This document shows, one piece after another, positions 10,842 to 23,984 of a stretch of DNA of 64,000 nucleotides. Under the pieces are notes generated by a model. The model was given only the letters and a program-made list of their open reading frames with translations. It did not search any database and was not told where the DNA came from. Source of the stretch: Mobula hypostoma (taxonomy: Eukaryota); the NCBI RefSeq assembly GCF_963921235.1, contig NC_086097.1:30878001-30942000 (forward strand), given 5' to 3'. Position 1 is the stretch's first letter; the number at the start of each line of letters is the position of its first letter. Made by a program: the position numbers and the translations under genes.

Positions 10842-13800
10842 CAATAGACAATAGACAATAGGTGCAGGAGTAGGCCATTCGGCCCTTCGAGCCAGCACCG
10901 ACATTCACTGTGATCATGGCTGATCATCCACAATGTGTCCAGATCCTGCCTTATCCGCATAACCTTTGATTCCACTATCTTTAAGAGCTCTATCCATCTC
11001 TTTCTTGAAAGCATCCAGAGACTTGGCCTCTACAGCCTTCTGGAGCAGAGCATTCCAAACATCCACCACTCTCTGGGTGAAAAAGTTTTTCCTCAGCTCC
11101 GTTCTAAATGGCCTACCCCTTATTCTTAAACTGTGGCCTCTGTTTCTGGACTCACCCATCAGCAGGAACATGCTTCCTGCCTCCAGCGTGTCCAATCCCT
11201 TAATAATCTTATATGTTTCAATAAGATCCCCTCTCAGCCTTCTAAATTCCAGAGTATACAAGCCCAGTCGGGCCAATCTTTCGACATATGACAGTCCCGC
11301 CATTCCGGGAATTAACCTTGTGAACCTGCGCTGCACTCCCTCAATAGCAAGAATGTCCTTTCTCAAATTTGGAGACCAAAACTGTACACAGTACTCCAGG
11401 TGTTGTCTCACCAGGGCCCTGTACAGCTGCAGAAGGACCTCTTTGCTCTTATACTCAATTCCCCTTGTTATGAAGGCCAGCATGCCATTAGCTTTCTTCA
11501 CAGCCTGCTGTACTTGCATGCTTGCTTTCAGTGACTGATGTACAAGAATACCTAGATGTCATTGTACTTCCCCTTTTCCTCACTTGACTCCATTTAGATA
11601 ATAATCTGCCTTCCTGTTCTTACCACCGAAGTGGATAACCTCACATTTATCCACATTAAACTGCATCTGCGATGCATCTGCCCACTCACCCAGCCTGTCC
11701 AAGTCACCCTGCATTCTCATAACATCCTCCTCACATTTCACACTGCCACCCAGCTTTGTGTCATCGGCAAATTTGCTAATGTTACTTTTAATTCCCTCAT
11801 CTAAATCATTAAAATATATTGTAAACAGCTGCGGTCCCAGCACTGAACCCTGCGGTACCCTACTGGTCACCGCCTGCCATTCCGAAAGGGACACATTAAT
11901 CGCTACTCTTTGTTTTCTGTCAGCCAGCCAATTTTCAAAACATGTCAGTACTCTACCCCCAATACCATGTGCCCTAATTTTGCCCACTAATCTCCTATGT
12001 GGGACTTTATCAAAGGCTTTCTGAAAGTCCAGGTACACTACATCCACTGGCTCTCCCTTGTCCATTTTCATAGTTACATCCTCAAAAAATTCCAGAAGAT
12101 TAGTCAAGCACAATTTCCCCTTCGTAAATCCATGCTGACTCGGACCGATCCTGTTTCTGCTATCCAGATGTGTCCTAATTTCATCTTCTATAATTGACTC
12201 CAGCATCTTTCCCACCACCGACGTCAGGCTAACCGGTCTATAATTCCCTGTTTTCTCTCTTCCTCCTTTCTTGAAAAGTGGGACAACATTAGCCACCCTC
12301 CAATCCACAGGAACTGATCCTGAATCTATAGAACATTGCAAAATGATTACCAATGCGTCCATGATTTCTAAAGCCACCTCCTTAAGTATCCTGGGATGCA
12401 GACCATCAGGTCCCAGGGACTTATCAGCCTGCAGACCCAAAAGTCTATCCAACACCATTTCCTGCCTAATATAAATTTCCTTCAGTTCATCCATTACTCT
12501 CGGTCCTTTGGCCACTATTATATCTGGGAGATTGTTTGTGTCTTCCCTAGTGAAGACAGAGCCAAAGTACCTGTTCAACTCATCTGCCATTTCCTTGTTC
12601 CCCATAATAAATTCACCCGTTTCTGTCTTCAAGGGCCCAGTTTTGGTCTTAACTATTTTTTCCCTTTTCACATACCTAAAGGAGCTTTTACTATCCTCCT
12701 TTATATTCTTGGCTAGTTTACCTTCGTACCTCATTTTTTCTCCACGTATTGCCTTTTTAGTTACCTTCTGTTGCTCTTTAAAAGTTTCCCAATCCTCCGG
12801 CTTCCCACTCGTCTTTGCTATGTTATACTTCTTCTCCTTTATTTTTATACTGTCCATTACTTCCCTTGTCAGCCACGGCCTCCCCTTAGGATCTTTCTTC
12901 CTCTTAGGAACGAACTGATCCTGCACCTTCCGCATTATTCCCAGAAACACTTGCCTTTGCTGTTCCACTGTCATCCCTGCCAGGGTATTGTTCCATTGAA
13001 CTTTGGCCAGTTCCTCCCTCATAGCACCATAGTTCCCTTTGTTCAACTGTAATACTGACACTTCTGAGTTTCCCTTCTCCCTCTCAAATTGTAGATTAAA
13101 ACTTATCATATTATGGTCACTACCTCCTAATGGCTCCTTTACCTCGAGGTCCCTGATCAAATCCGGTTCATTGCACAACACTAAGTCTAGAATTGCATTC
13201 TCTCTGGTAGGCTCCAGTACAAGTTGTTCTAAGAATCCATCTCGGAAGGACTCCACAAACTCCCTTTCTTGGGGTCCAGTACCAACCTGATTCCTCCAGT
13301 CTACCTGCATGTTGAAATCCCCCATAACAACTGTAGCATTACCTTTGCGACATGCCAATTTTAACTCTTGATTCAACTTACACCCTACATCCAGACTACT
13401 GTTTGGGGGCCTGTAGATAACTCCCATTAGGGTCTTTCTACCCTTAGAATTTCTCAGTTCTATCCATACTGACTCTACGTCTCCTGATTCTCGCAAGGGA
13501 CTGAATATCATTCTTCATCAACACAGCCACCCCACCCCCTCTGCCCATCAGTCTGTCCTTTCGATAGGACGTATATCCTTGAATATTCATTTCCCAGGCC
13601 CTGTCCACTTGAAGCCATGTCTCTGTTATTCCCACATCATACTTACCAATTTCCAACTGTGCCTCAAGCTCATCCACTTTATTTCTTATACTCCGTGCAT
13701 TCATATATAATACTTTTAATTCATTACTCCCCTCACCTCCCATATCAATTCCTATTTCACTTGACCATACTGTACGATCCACTCTTGAGCTTTCTGCTCT

Positions 13801-14657
13801 GTTGATTCTGCTGTCTTTCTTAACTTTTCTTATTCTCACATTCCCTTTATCTCCATTCTTATATTTCCAGTTCGTTCCCTCCCCCCCACTACTTAGTTTA
13901 AACACACCCGTGTTGCAGAGGCAAACCTGCCTGCCAGAATGCTGGTGCCCCACTTATTAAGGTGCAACCGTCCCCTTTGTACAATTCATCCTCACCCTGA
14001 AACATACCCCAATGGTCCAAGAATGTAAATCCTTGCTTCCTGCACCAGTTCCTCAGTCACACATTCAGAATCATTATCTCCCTGTTCTTGCCCACTCCAG
14101 CACGAGGAACTGGAAGCAAACCGGAGATAACCACCCTGGAAGTCCTGCTTTTCAGCCTTCTTCCAAGTTCTCTGAAGTCACACTGTAGGATGCCTTTCCT
14201 CTTCTTCCCCACGTCATTTGTGCCACCATGCACCACCACTTCTGGATGTTCACCTTCACTCTTGAGGATTCCCTGCAATCAGTCCGTGACATCCTGGATC
14301 TTGGCACCAGGGAGGCAACACACCATCCTTAAATCTTGCCTGTTGCCACAGAAACCCCTTTCTGTACCTCTCACTATGGAGTCCCCTACTACCACGGCTC
14401 TGCCTGACATCTGTCTCCTCTGCTTTGCTTCAGCACCAATTGTTGACTCGCAGACCCGTCTGCCTCTCAGGCTGGCATCATCTTCTGTCCCGACAGCTTC
14501 CAAGAGGGTGAACCTGTTTACGAGAGGCACATCTCCTGGGGTCTCCTGTACTTCAAGCATCCTTTCCTTGCTCATCGTCGTCCTCCTTCTCTCTTCCTGT
14601 ATCCTGGGTGTAATGACCTCACTGTAGGTCCTGTCCAGAAAACTCTCGTTCTCCCAG
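10842..14657 (-). mobile_element. Young near-full-length CR1 LINE (ORF1 esterase + ORF2 APE/RT), inactivated by a few stops and a frameshift
   Basis: ORF1 pieces 14575-14057 (VVGDSIVR, GGTNDV). ORF2 pieces 13953-13444, 13511-11580 (643 aa, YLDFQKAFDKVPH, FADDTKL) and 11519-10914. Tail (caatag) repeats at 10842-10861. Confidence 0.95.
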
Positions 14658-14659
14658 AA

Positions 14660-15425
14660 CGGGCAGACTATTATTTAAATGGGGAAAGAATTCAAAGTTC
14701 GGAGATGCAACGGGACTTGGGAGTCCTCGTACAGGATACCCTTAAAGTTAACCTCCAGGTTGAGTCAGTAGTGAAGAAGGCGAATGCAATGTTGGCATTC
14801 ATTTCTAGAGGAATAGAGTATAGGAGCAGGGATGTGATGTTGAGGCTCTATAAGGCACTGGTGAGACCTCACTTGGAGTACTGTGGGCAGTTTTGGTCTC
14901 CTTATTTAAGAAAGGATGTGCTGACGTTGGAGAGGGTACAGAGAAGATTCAACAGAATGATTCCGGGAATGAGAGGGTTAACATATGAGGAACGTTTGTC
15001 CGCTCTTGGTCTGTATTCCTTGGAGTTTAGAAGAATGAGGGGAGACCTCATAGAAACATTTCAAATGTTAAAAGGCATGGACAGAGTGGATGTGGCAAAG
15101 TTATTTCCCATGATGGGGGAGTCTAGTACGAGGGGGCATGACTTAAGGATTGAAGGGCGCCCTTTCAGAACAGAAATGCAAAGAAATTTTTTTAGTCAGA
15201 GGGTGGTGAATCTATGGAATTTGTTGCCACGGGCAGCAGTGGAGGCCAAGTCATTGGGTGTATTTAAGGCAGAGATTGATAGGTATCTGAGTAGTCAGGG
15301 CATCAAAGGTTATGGTGAGAAGGCAGGGGAGTGGGACTAAATAGGAGAAAATGGATCAGCTCATGATAAAATGGCGGAGCAGACTCGATGGGCCGAATGG
15401 CCTACTTCTGCTCCTTTGTCTTATG
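14660..15425 (+). mobile_element. CR1 3' fragment, different subfamily
   Basis: ORF 14705-15340 QRDLGVLV...RPHLEYC...NFFSQRVVNLWN. Confidence 0.9.
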
Positions 15426-15850
15426 GAAAGGCTGAGTGAACTAGGACCTTCCTCTCTGGAGTGAAGGAGAATGAGCAGTGACTCGATAGAGGTGTATAAA
15501 ATGATAAGAGGGATATATAGAGCAGACAACCAGATACTTTTTTCCCAGGACGGAACTAGCTAATAAGAGCAGGCATTACTTTAAAGTAATTGGGGGAAAG
15601 TATCATGGCGGGGGGGAGGTGGATGTCAGAAGTAGCATTTTACACAGCGTGGATAAGTGTATGGAATATACTATCAGGGGTTGGTGGTAGACGCAGATAT
15701 GTTAGGGACATTTAAGAGTCTTAGATAGGCACATGGATGAAAGAAAAAAAATGAAGACTATGTCAGAGGGAAGGGTGAGATTGATCTTGGAGTCAGTTAA
15801 GATGTCGGTACAACATTGTGAGCCATAGCACCTGCATTGCTTCTATGTTC
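15426..15850 (+). mobile_element. Older CR1 3' fragment
   Basis: Decayed LSELGLFSLE...EVYKMIRG region with a CR1 tail. Confidence 0.7.
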
Positions 15851-16764
15851 AACATAAGGTGAATATTTTCCAGAGGAAAGCAATATACAATTCAATTAAT
15901 TTTTCAAACCCTTGAAGTAATGTGCTCACCAATTCATGGGAATCCCTGGCCCATCACCACTCTGACTAGAGGAGGAACATCTGAAGTTTCTAAACCAAGC
16001 ACACAAGAAGGCTAAGTGCAAAGATCAAAGGGAGGGTAGAGATCGTAAATGGATTTTTTGCATCTATATTTACTCATAGATGGACACAAGCTTTTAGAAG
16101 TGAGCCACAGTAGCAATGAGGTCATGGACCATACACAGATTATAGAGGAGGAGCTAATCTTTAAATTTTTCTTTAAACACACAAGAGCCTACCCCACTGA
16201 GAACCAGAAGCCAGCATCCACTGGAGAAACAGTTTGAAGAAATTTTCAACAGTCACTTTCCCCCTGAAATGAGTGTCCTTCACTCCATTCCATAGCACCC
16301 AGCTACAAAGAGGCACTGCCTCAGGAGGCCAACATCCATCATCAAAGATCCCTACCATCTGGACCAAGACATCTTTTCACTGCTACCCTTGGGTAAGAGG
16401 AACAGGAAAGGGTAAGGTTCAGGAACAGCTACTTCTCTTCAACCATTCAGTTCTTGAATCAATAGGCACAACCCGATTCACTGCCATTTAGCAACACTAA
16501 GACCATTTGCTCTAAAATGGACTTTATTTTATTTTTATTCTAAATGTACAAAATTGAACCTATGGACTCTTCAAGGACTTTTCATCTCCTATTCTTGATA
16601 TTTATTGCTTATTTATTATTATTTTTCTCTCTTTTGTACTTGCAGAGTTTGCTGTCTTTGCACATTAGTTGTTTGCCCAGTTGGGCAATCAGTCTTTCAT
16701 TGATTCTATTGTGCTTCTTGGATTTACTGTGTATGCCCACAAGAAGACAAATCCCACAAGGACA

Positions 16765-18203
16765 CATCTAACATGCCAAAGAGAAATGCTATAGATGCAT
16801 TGGGAGGTGAGGACCTCGATACAATAGCTATCACTAAAGAGGTACTGCTCAGCAAACTTGCAGGCCTGAAGACAGACAAGTCCCCTGGTCCTGATGGAAT
16901 GTATCCCAGGACACTGAAAGAAATGGCAGAAGTTATAGTAGAGGCTTTGGTGATAGTTTACCAAAATTCTCTGGACTCTGGGCAAGTCCTGGCAGATTGG
17001 AAAACGGCAAATGTCACGCCACTGTTCAAAAAAGGATGTGGGCAAATGGCAGCCAACTATAGGCCAGTTAGTTTAACATTTGTAGTTGGGAAAATGCTTG
17101 AAGATATCATTAAAGAAACAATAGTGAAGCATCTGGAAAGAAATAGATCCATCAGACAGATGCAGCATGGATACAGCAAAGGCAGGTCCAGTTTGACAAA
17201 ATTACTGGAGTTCTTTGAGGATATAACGAGGGCAGTGGATAGAGAGGAACAGATGGACATTATTTACTTGGATTTCCAGAAGGTGTTCAATAAGGTGCCA
17301 CATAAAAGACTTATCTATAAGACAAGGATTCATGGAGTTGGGGGTGATGTATTAGAGGATTGGTTCACTAATAGAAAGCAGAGAGTTGGGATACATGGGT
17401 ATTACTCTGGTTGGCAATTAGTGGTGAGCGGTGTGCCGCTGGGGTCAGTGCTGGAAGGAAAAGCAAAAGAGCAGATTATTATTTAAATGGTAAAAAAATT
17501 GCAGCATCCTGCTGTGCATGAATCAGAAAAGGTTGGTTTGCAGGAGCAGCAGGCTATTAAGAAGGCAAATGGAATGTCCCTACTCTACAGGGATTGAATT
17601 TAAGAGCAGGGAGGTTCTGCAGCAACTGTACAGAGTACTGGTGAGGCTGCGTCTGGAGTACTGTGTGCAGTTCTGGTCTCCTTACCTGAGGAAGGATATA
17701 CTGGCTTTGGAAGCAGTGCAGAGGAGGTTCACTAGGTTGATCCCAGAGATGAGAGGGTTAGACACGAGGAGAGATTGAGTTGCCTGGGACTGTACTCGCT
17801 GGTATTCTGAAGAATGAGAGGAGATCTTATAGAAATATGTAAAATTATGTAAGGGATAAGATAGAGGCAGGAAAGTTGTTTCCACTGGTAGGTGAGACTA
17901 GAACTAGGGGACATAGCTTCAAGATTTGGGGGAGTAGATTTAGGATGGAGATGGGAGGAACTGCGTTTCCCAGAGAGTGGTGAACCTGGGGAATTCTCAG
18001 CCCAATGGAGCAGTGGAGGCTATCTCAGTACATATATTAAGACAAGATTGGATAGATTGTTGCATAGTAGGGAAATTAAGGGTTATGGAGAAAAGGCAGG
18101 TAGTTGCAGATGAGTCCATGGCCAGATCAGCCATGATCTTATTGAATGGCAGAGCAGGCTTGAGGGGCCAGATGGCCGAATGCTGCTCCAATTTCTTATG
18201 TAA
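16765..18203 (+). mobile_element. CR1 RT fragment
   Basis: ORF 16773-17486 (KSPGPDG, NYRPVSLT, YLDFQKVFNKVPH) plus a C-terminal segment. Confidence 0.9.
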
Positions 18204-18375
18204 CTATCAGGATTGTATATGATGACATATATGTACTTTGATAATAAATTTACTTTGAATTATTTCTTGTAACAATCATGTATAATTTATGTGCTTCCCC
18301 TAATTCTGTTTCTATGATGCTGTGTGCCTATAAAGCTGCTGTAAGTTTTTCTTTGCACCTGTGCATACATACATG

Positions 18376-20270
18376 GTACGAAGATAAACTAGCCAAGAAT
18401 ATAAAGGGGGATAGTAAAAGCTTTTTTAGGTATGTGAAAAGGAAAAAAAATAAGTTAAGATCAAAACTGGGGCCTTGAAGACAGAAATGGGTGAATTTAT
18501 TATGGGGAACAAGGAAATGGCAGACGAGTTGAACAGGTACTTTGGATCTGTCTTCACTAGGGAAGACACAGACAATCTCCCAGATATAATAGTGGCCAAA
18601 GGACCGAGGGTAATGGATGAACTGAAGGAAATTTATATCAGGCAGGAAATGGTGATGGATAGACTGTTGGGTCTGAAGGCTGATAAGTCCCCAGGATCTG
18701 ATGGTCTGCATCCCAGCGTACTTAAAAAGGTGGCTTTAGAAATCGTGGACGCATTGGTAATCATTTTGCAATGTTCTATAGATTCAGGATCAGTTCCTGT
18801 GGATTGGAGGGTGGCTAATGTTGTCCCACTTTTCAAGAAAGGAGGGAGAGAGAAAACAGGGAATTACAGACCGGTTAGCCTGACGTCAGTGGTGAGAAAG
18901 ATGCTGGAGTCAATTAAAAAAGATGAAATTACGACACATCTGGATAGCAGTAACAGGATAGGACCAAGTCAGCATGGATTTACGAAGGGGAAATCGTGCT
19001 TGACTAATCTCCTGGAATTTTTTGAGAATGTAAACTATGAAAATGGACAAGGGAGAGCCAGTGGATGTAGTGTACCTGGACTTTCAGAAAGCCTTTGATA
19101 AAGTCCCACATAGGAGATTAGTGGGCAAAATTAGGGCACATGGTATTGGGGGCAGAATACTGACATGAATTGAAAATTGGCTGGCTGACAGGAAACAAAG
19201 AGTAGCGATTAACGGGTCCCTTTCGGAATGGCAGGCGGTGACGAGTGGGGTACCGCCGGGTTCAGTGCTGGGACCGCAGCTGTTTACAATATACATTAAT
19301 GATTTAGATGAAGGGATTAAAAGCAAATTTGCAGATGACACAAAGCTGGGTGGCAGTGTGAAATGTGAGGAGGATGTTATGAGAATGCAGGGTGACTTGG
19401 ACAGGCTGGGTGAGTGGGCAGATGCATGGCAGATGCAGTTTAATGTGGATTAATGTGAGGTTATCCACTTTGGTGTAAGAACAGGAAGGCAGATTATTAT
19501 CTAAATGGAGTCAAGTCAAGAAAAGGGGAAGTACAACGAGATCTAGGTGTTCTTGTACATCAGTCACTGAAAGCAAGCATGCAGGTACAGCAGGCAGTGA
19601 AGAAAGCTAATGGCATGCTGGCCTTCATAACAAGGGGAATTGAGTATAAGAGCAAAGAGGTCCTTCTGCAGCTGTACAGGGCCCTGGTGAGACCACACCT
19701 GGAGTATTGTGTGCAGTTTTGGTCTCCAAATTTGAGGAAGGACATTCTTGCTGTTGAGGGAGTGCAGCGGAGGTTCACAAGGTTAATTCCCGGGATGGCG
19801 GGACTGTCATATGTTGAAACATTGGAGCGACTGGGCTTGTATACACTGGAATTTAGAAGGATGAGAGGGGATCTGATTGAAACATGTAAGATTATTCATG
19901 GATTGGACACGCTGGAGGCAGGAAGCATGTTCCCGCTGATGGGTGAGTCCAGAACCAGAGGCCACAGTTTAAGAATAAGGGGTAGACCATTTAGAACGTA
20001 GTTAAGGAAAAAACTTTTTCACCTAGAGAGTAGTGGATATGTGGAATGCTCTGCCCCAGAAGGCAGTGGAGGCCTAGTCTCTGGATGCTTTCAAGAAAGA
20101 GATGGATAGGGCTCTTAAAGGTAGCAGAATCAAAGGTTATGGGGATAAGGCAGGAACTGGATACTGATTGTGGATGATCAGCCATGATCACAGTGAATGG
20201 TGGTGATGGCTCGAAGGGCCGAATGGCCTACTCCTGCACCTATTGTCTATTGTTATATTATCTATTGAAT
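18376..20270 (+). mobile_element. 5'-truncated young CR1, same subfamily as 10842-14657
   Basis: ORFs 18475-19098, 19238-19453 and 19579-20001 are near-identical to the minus-strand copy. Same (ctattg) tail. Confidence 0.95.
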
Positions 20271-20479
20271 TGTGCATATGCCAATAAACTCGAATTTTAA
20301 CTTTCCTCTGCATGGAATGGTTGGGCCAAACAACCTGCCTTGGTGCAGTATGACTCTATAACCACACTACTAATGTAGAGATAATCTTGCATTGATATTT
20401 CTTGCACATATTTTGTATCAAAATAATTTATTTTGAACTACTGTATATGAAAATATCATCTCTGCCTCCACAGACGCTG

Positions 20480-21255
20480 ATCTCCGGTTCGTACCGCAGG
20501 TTTCTGAGAGTAGGTCGATGACCCGGGAGAGACAACAGATTCCTCGGCTCCAGCCCATCCACAAACCCTGACCCTGCCGTAACCACAACCGCAATCCCAA
20601 CCTCAACACCTGGGGCCCAAAACTGGGATGCAGCCCTGGCCGGGTCCCAGGACACTCCTCGCGTCAGAGACCCGGACCCGCCACGAATCTGGGCCCCGGA
20701 GGCGGGACTCGGCCACATCCCCTCCACCACGAGCACCCACCTGAGTATAGTGGAGCCGCAGCGGGCGCAAGAAGCGGGAGTTGCGGCAGGGCCCGATTTC
20801 TACTTCACTCACTGACTCCATCTCCGCGTCACCGGCTCTCGGACCCGGCTGTCAGTCAGCGCGGGGGGCGGAGCACATCGGTAATCACTCAACGCTGGAG
20901 GCGGGGCTAACACATCTGTCACTCGACGCCGGTGGGAGGAGAGGTGGAGTGGAGGAACACCTGTCACTCAACACCGTAGGCGGGGATACGCGGTCGGGCG
21001 GGGCAGAGCTCTCGCTCCTGTCAGTCAGCTGGCGAGCCCGGCGTGTCGGTCAGGGCTCGCGATCAGCACAGGGGGCGGGGCTACCCGACCTGTCACTCTA
21101 CGGCGGGCTCGCGCTTCACCACCCGTCGGACAATGCCAGCCTCTCTTGGGCGGGGCTTGGGGCGGAGCTACCCTGACTGTCAGTCAGCTCGGGGGCGTGG
21201 TTATCTCACTTGTCAGTCTTCACTTGGGGGGCGGTGCCAAACTGCACCCCGGTCA
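20480..21255 (-). promoter_or_regulatory. CpG-island promoter of nudt14 with multiple GC boxes and TGASTGACAG motifs
   Basis: Sharp rise in GC and CpG content. Repeated GGGGCGGGGC/GGGCGGAG boxes. CTGTCASTCA at 20849, 20961, 21018 and 21177, plus near-matches. Spans the nudt14 ATG. Confidence 0.85.
20741..20821 (-). CDS. nudt14: nudt14 (UDP-glucose/UDP-sugar diphosphatase, Nudix hydrolase 14), first coding exon
   Basis: Translates to MESVSEVEIGPCRNSRFLRPLRLHYTQ (27 aa), closely resembling the vertebrate NUDT14 N-terminus as I recall it (human [27 protein letters not shown]). Strong Kozak context gagATGG. Ends at a phase-0 donor CAG|GTGGGT. Lies in the only CpG island of the window. Confidence 0.9.
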
Positions 21256-21263
21256 GCATTGTA

Positions 21264-21393
21264 AACGCAAGAAATTCTGCAGATATTGGAAATCAATAGC
21301 AACATACTCAAAGTGCTGGAGGAACTTAACAGGTCAGGCAGCATCTATGGAAATGAATAAACAGTTGACATTTCATGCTGAGACCCTTCTTCA
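21264..21393 (-). mobile_element. Penelope-derived short repeat
   Basis: Family body tgctggaggaactt...gcagcatctatgg...ttgacatttcatgctgagacccttcttcaag with a degenerate hammerhead on the minus strand. Confidence 0.7.
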
Positions 21394-21660
21394 AGCCAAC
21401 TTGTTGGAATTCCAAAGTGAAGAGATGATTGTCACTTATCATTTAATACTTTGCTGGCAACTGTAGGGGCTTTTATGGAAATGTCTTTCTTAGTAGCTAA
21501 CTTGATCACACCAACAGCCACCGTCTCATGTCACAGAGAGCAAGGTGACCAAGAAGTGGATATTCGGAAAAGTTCAGGACACAGACGGGCCTATTGGACA
21601 TCACGTGAACAATTGCTACATCTCCAGACTTAACGAATTTGAGGCCATCTTCCAACATCT

Positions 21661-22160
21661 CAGAATCCAGTTTATTATTGCTAACATATGTAATGATTTT
21701 TTTTGCGGCAGCAGTAGGACGTACATATGTTTAAATAATTAGTGCAAAAATGGTGAGGTAGTGTTCATGAGTTTTTTTGATCATTCAGAAATCTGATTGG
21801 CAGAGTGGAAGTAGATGTTCCTAAACTGTTCATTGTGTACCTCCTCTCCAGTGGTGGTAATGACAGAGGGCATGTCCCGACTGGCGAGGGTCTGTAATGA
21901 TGATTCTGCATTTTTGAGGCATCGGCTTTTGAAGATGTTTTCAGTGCTGGGGAGGCTAGTTCCCATGATGAAGCTGTCTGAGTTTACAACCCTCTGGCTC
22001 TGTGCAATGGCCCCTCCATACCAGACGGTGATGCAACCAGTCAAAATGTTCGCTTCGCGGTACATCTAAGGAAATTTGGTGGAGTTTTTGGTGACATAGT
22101 AAATCTCCTCAAACTCCAAATGAAATACAGCTACTAGCATACCTGCCTCATGATTGCATC
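21661..22160 (-). mobile_element. Rex1/Babar LINE 3' fragment
   Basis: ORF 21781-22065 contains ILTGCITVWYG. Confidence 0.75.
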
Positions 22161-22611
22161 AGCTCTTCGTTCTTGCCAATGAATGGCACATTCCAGGCTA
22201 CGGAAGGACGTGCTGAGCAACACACTGAAGCTCGGTGCAGCCAGTGGAGAGGGACCACAGACTAGGGTCCTGCCACCATGGCATGTTGAAGGGCTGGGCC
22301 CTGTGTAACAGCTCGACAAACACTCCACAGTGCATTGTTTAGGGAGGAAACATAAGTGGTGCTGATATATTAGGACCAAATGTATTGAATTGATGGAACA
22401 ATGAATATAAAGAAAGACATACCAATTTGAATATGTAAGAACAGTACAGCGTAGTACCCTTGATGTCTGTGCCAAACATAATGCCAAATTAAGACTTTAT
22501 TCCCTAGAGCATAGGAGAATGAGGTGAGATTTAATAGACATATGGAAAATCATGAGGGCTATAGATAGGGTAAATTCAAGCAATTTTTTTCCACTGACAT
22601 TGGGTGAGACT

Positions 22612-23693
22612 ATACTTATACTTTATACTTTAATTGATACTAGAATGTACAATCATCATAGTGATATTTGATTCTGCGCTTCCCGCTCCCTGGATTACAA
22701 ATCAATAGTAAATATTAAAAATTTAAATTATAAATCATAAATAGAAAACAGAAAAATTGAAAATAAGGTAGTGCAAAAAAACCGAGATGCAGGTCCGGAT
22801 ATTTGGAGGGTATGGCCCTGATCCAGGTCAGGATCCGTTCAGCAGTCATATCACAGTTGGAAAGAAGCTGTTCCCAAATCTGGCCGTATGAGTCTTCAAG
22901 CTCCTGAGCCTTCTCCCGGAGGGAAGAGGGACGAATAGTGTGTTGGCTGGGTGGGTCGTGTCTTTGATTATCCTGGCAGCACTGCTCCGACAGCGTGCGG
23001 TATAAAGTGAGTCCAAGGACAGAAGATTGGTTTGTGTGATGTGTTGTGCCATGTTCACGATCTTCTGCAGCTCTTTCCGGTCTTGGACAGGACAACTTCC
23101 ATACCAGGTTGTGATGCAGCCTAGAAGAATGCTTTCTACAGTGCATCTATAAAAATTAGTGAGGGTTTTAGGGGACAGGCCAAATTTCTTTAGTTTTCTC
23201 AGGAAGTAAAGGTGCTGGCAGGCCTTCTTGGCAGTGGACTCTGCTTGGTTGGACCAAGTCAGGTCATTTGTGATATTGACCCTGAGGAACTTAAAGCTTT
23301 TGACCTGTTCCACTTGCGCACCACCGACATAAATTGGGTCGTGCGGTCCGCTACTCCTTCTGAAGTCAACAACCAATTCCTTTGTCTTGCTGACGTTGAG
23401 GGATAGGTTATTGTCTTCGCACCATGCCACCAGGTTCTTAATTTCCTCTCTGTACTCAAAGTGATCATTACCTGAGATACGGCCTACAATTGTTGTGTCA
23501 TGAGCAAACTTATATATTGAGTTCGATGGAAACTTGGCTACACAATCATGGGTGTACAGTGAGTACAGCAGGGGGCTGAGTACACAGCCTTGTGGGACAC
23601 CGGTGCTCAAAGTGATTGTAGAGGAGAGCTTGTCCCCTATTTTTACAGCCTGGGTCCTGTCTGTGAGGAAGTTGACGATCCAGCTGCAGATCT
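22612..23693 (-). mobile_element. Young Rex1/Babar LINE, 5'-truncated, inserted in a CR1 3' fragment
   Basis: ORF 22846-23610 ([36 protein letters not shown]). (ATACTTT)n tail. Near-identical to 54059-55495. Confidence 0.9.
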
Positions 23694-23984
23694 ATAGGTC
23701 GTGGGTTAGAGGTAAAAGGTGAATTTTTTAAAGGAACCTGAGGGGGAACTTCTTCAGAGTGTGCAACGAGCTGCCAGCGGAAGTGATGGATGCGGGTTCA
23801 ATTTCAACATTAGAGAGAAGTTTAGATAATTACGAGCATGGTAATGGGAGGTCTATGGTCCAAGTACAGGACAGTGGGACTAGGCAGAATAACAGGTCAG
23901 CACAAACTAGATGGACAAAATGTCCTGTTTCTGTGTTCTCGTTCTTGGACTTGATGACTCTAAACTAAATTAAACCTCTTTCGC

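Noticed and set aside
10966..13290. Long plus-strand ORFs such as 10966-11538 and 12508-12918
   Set aside because: They are antisense shadows of CR1 ORF2.
11580..13511. 643-aa ORF as an active or domesticated RT gene
   Set aside because: It is bounded by a frameshift and premature stops, and ORF1 of the same copy has in-frame stops. This is a young dead copy.
14640..14680. Head-to-head CR1 junction as a twin-priming inversion of one element
   Set aside because: The two pieces are different subfamilies and each has its own 3' end, so they are separate insertions.
20428..21466. Additional ORFs across the CpG island, and the extension of ORF 20603-20821 beyond residue 27
   Set aside because: GC-rich sequence lacks stops by chance. 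Similarity to NUDT14 ends exactly at the splice donor.
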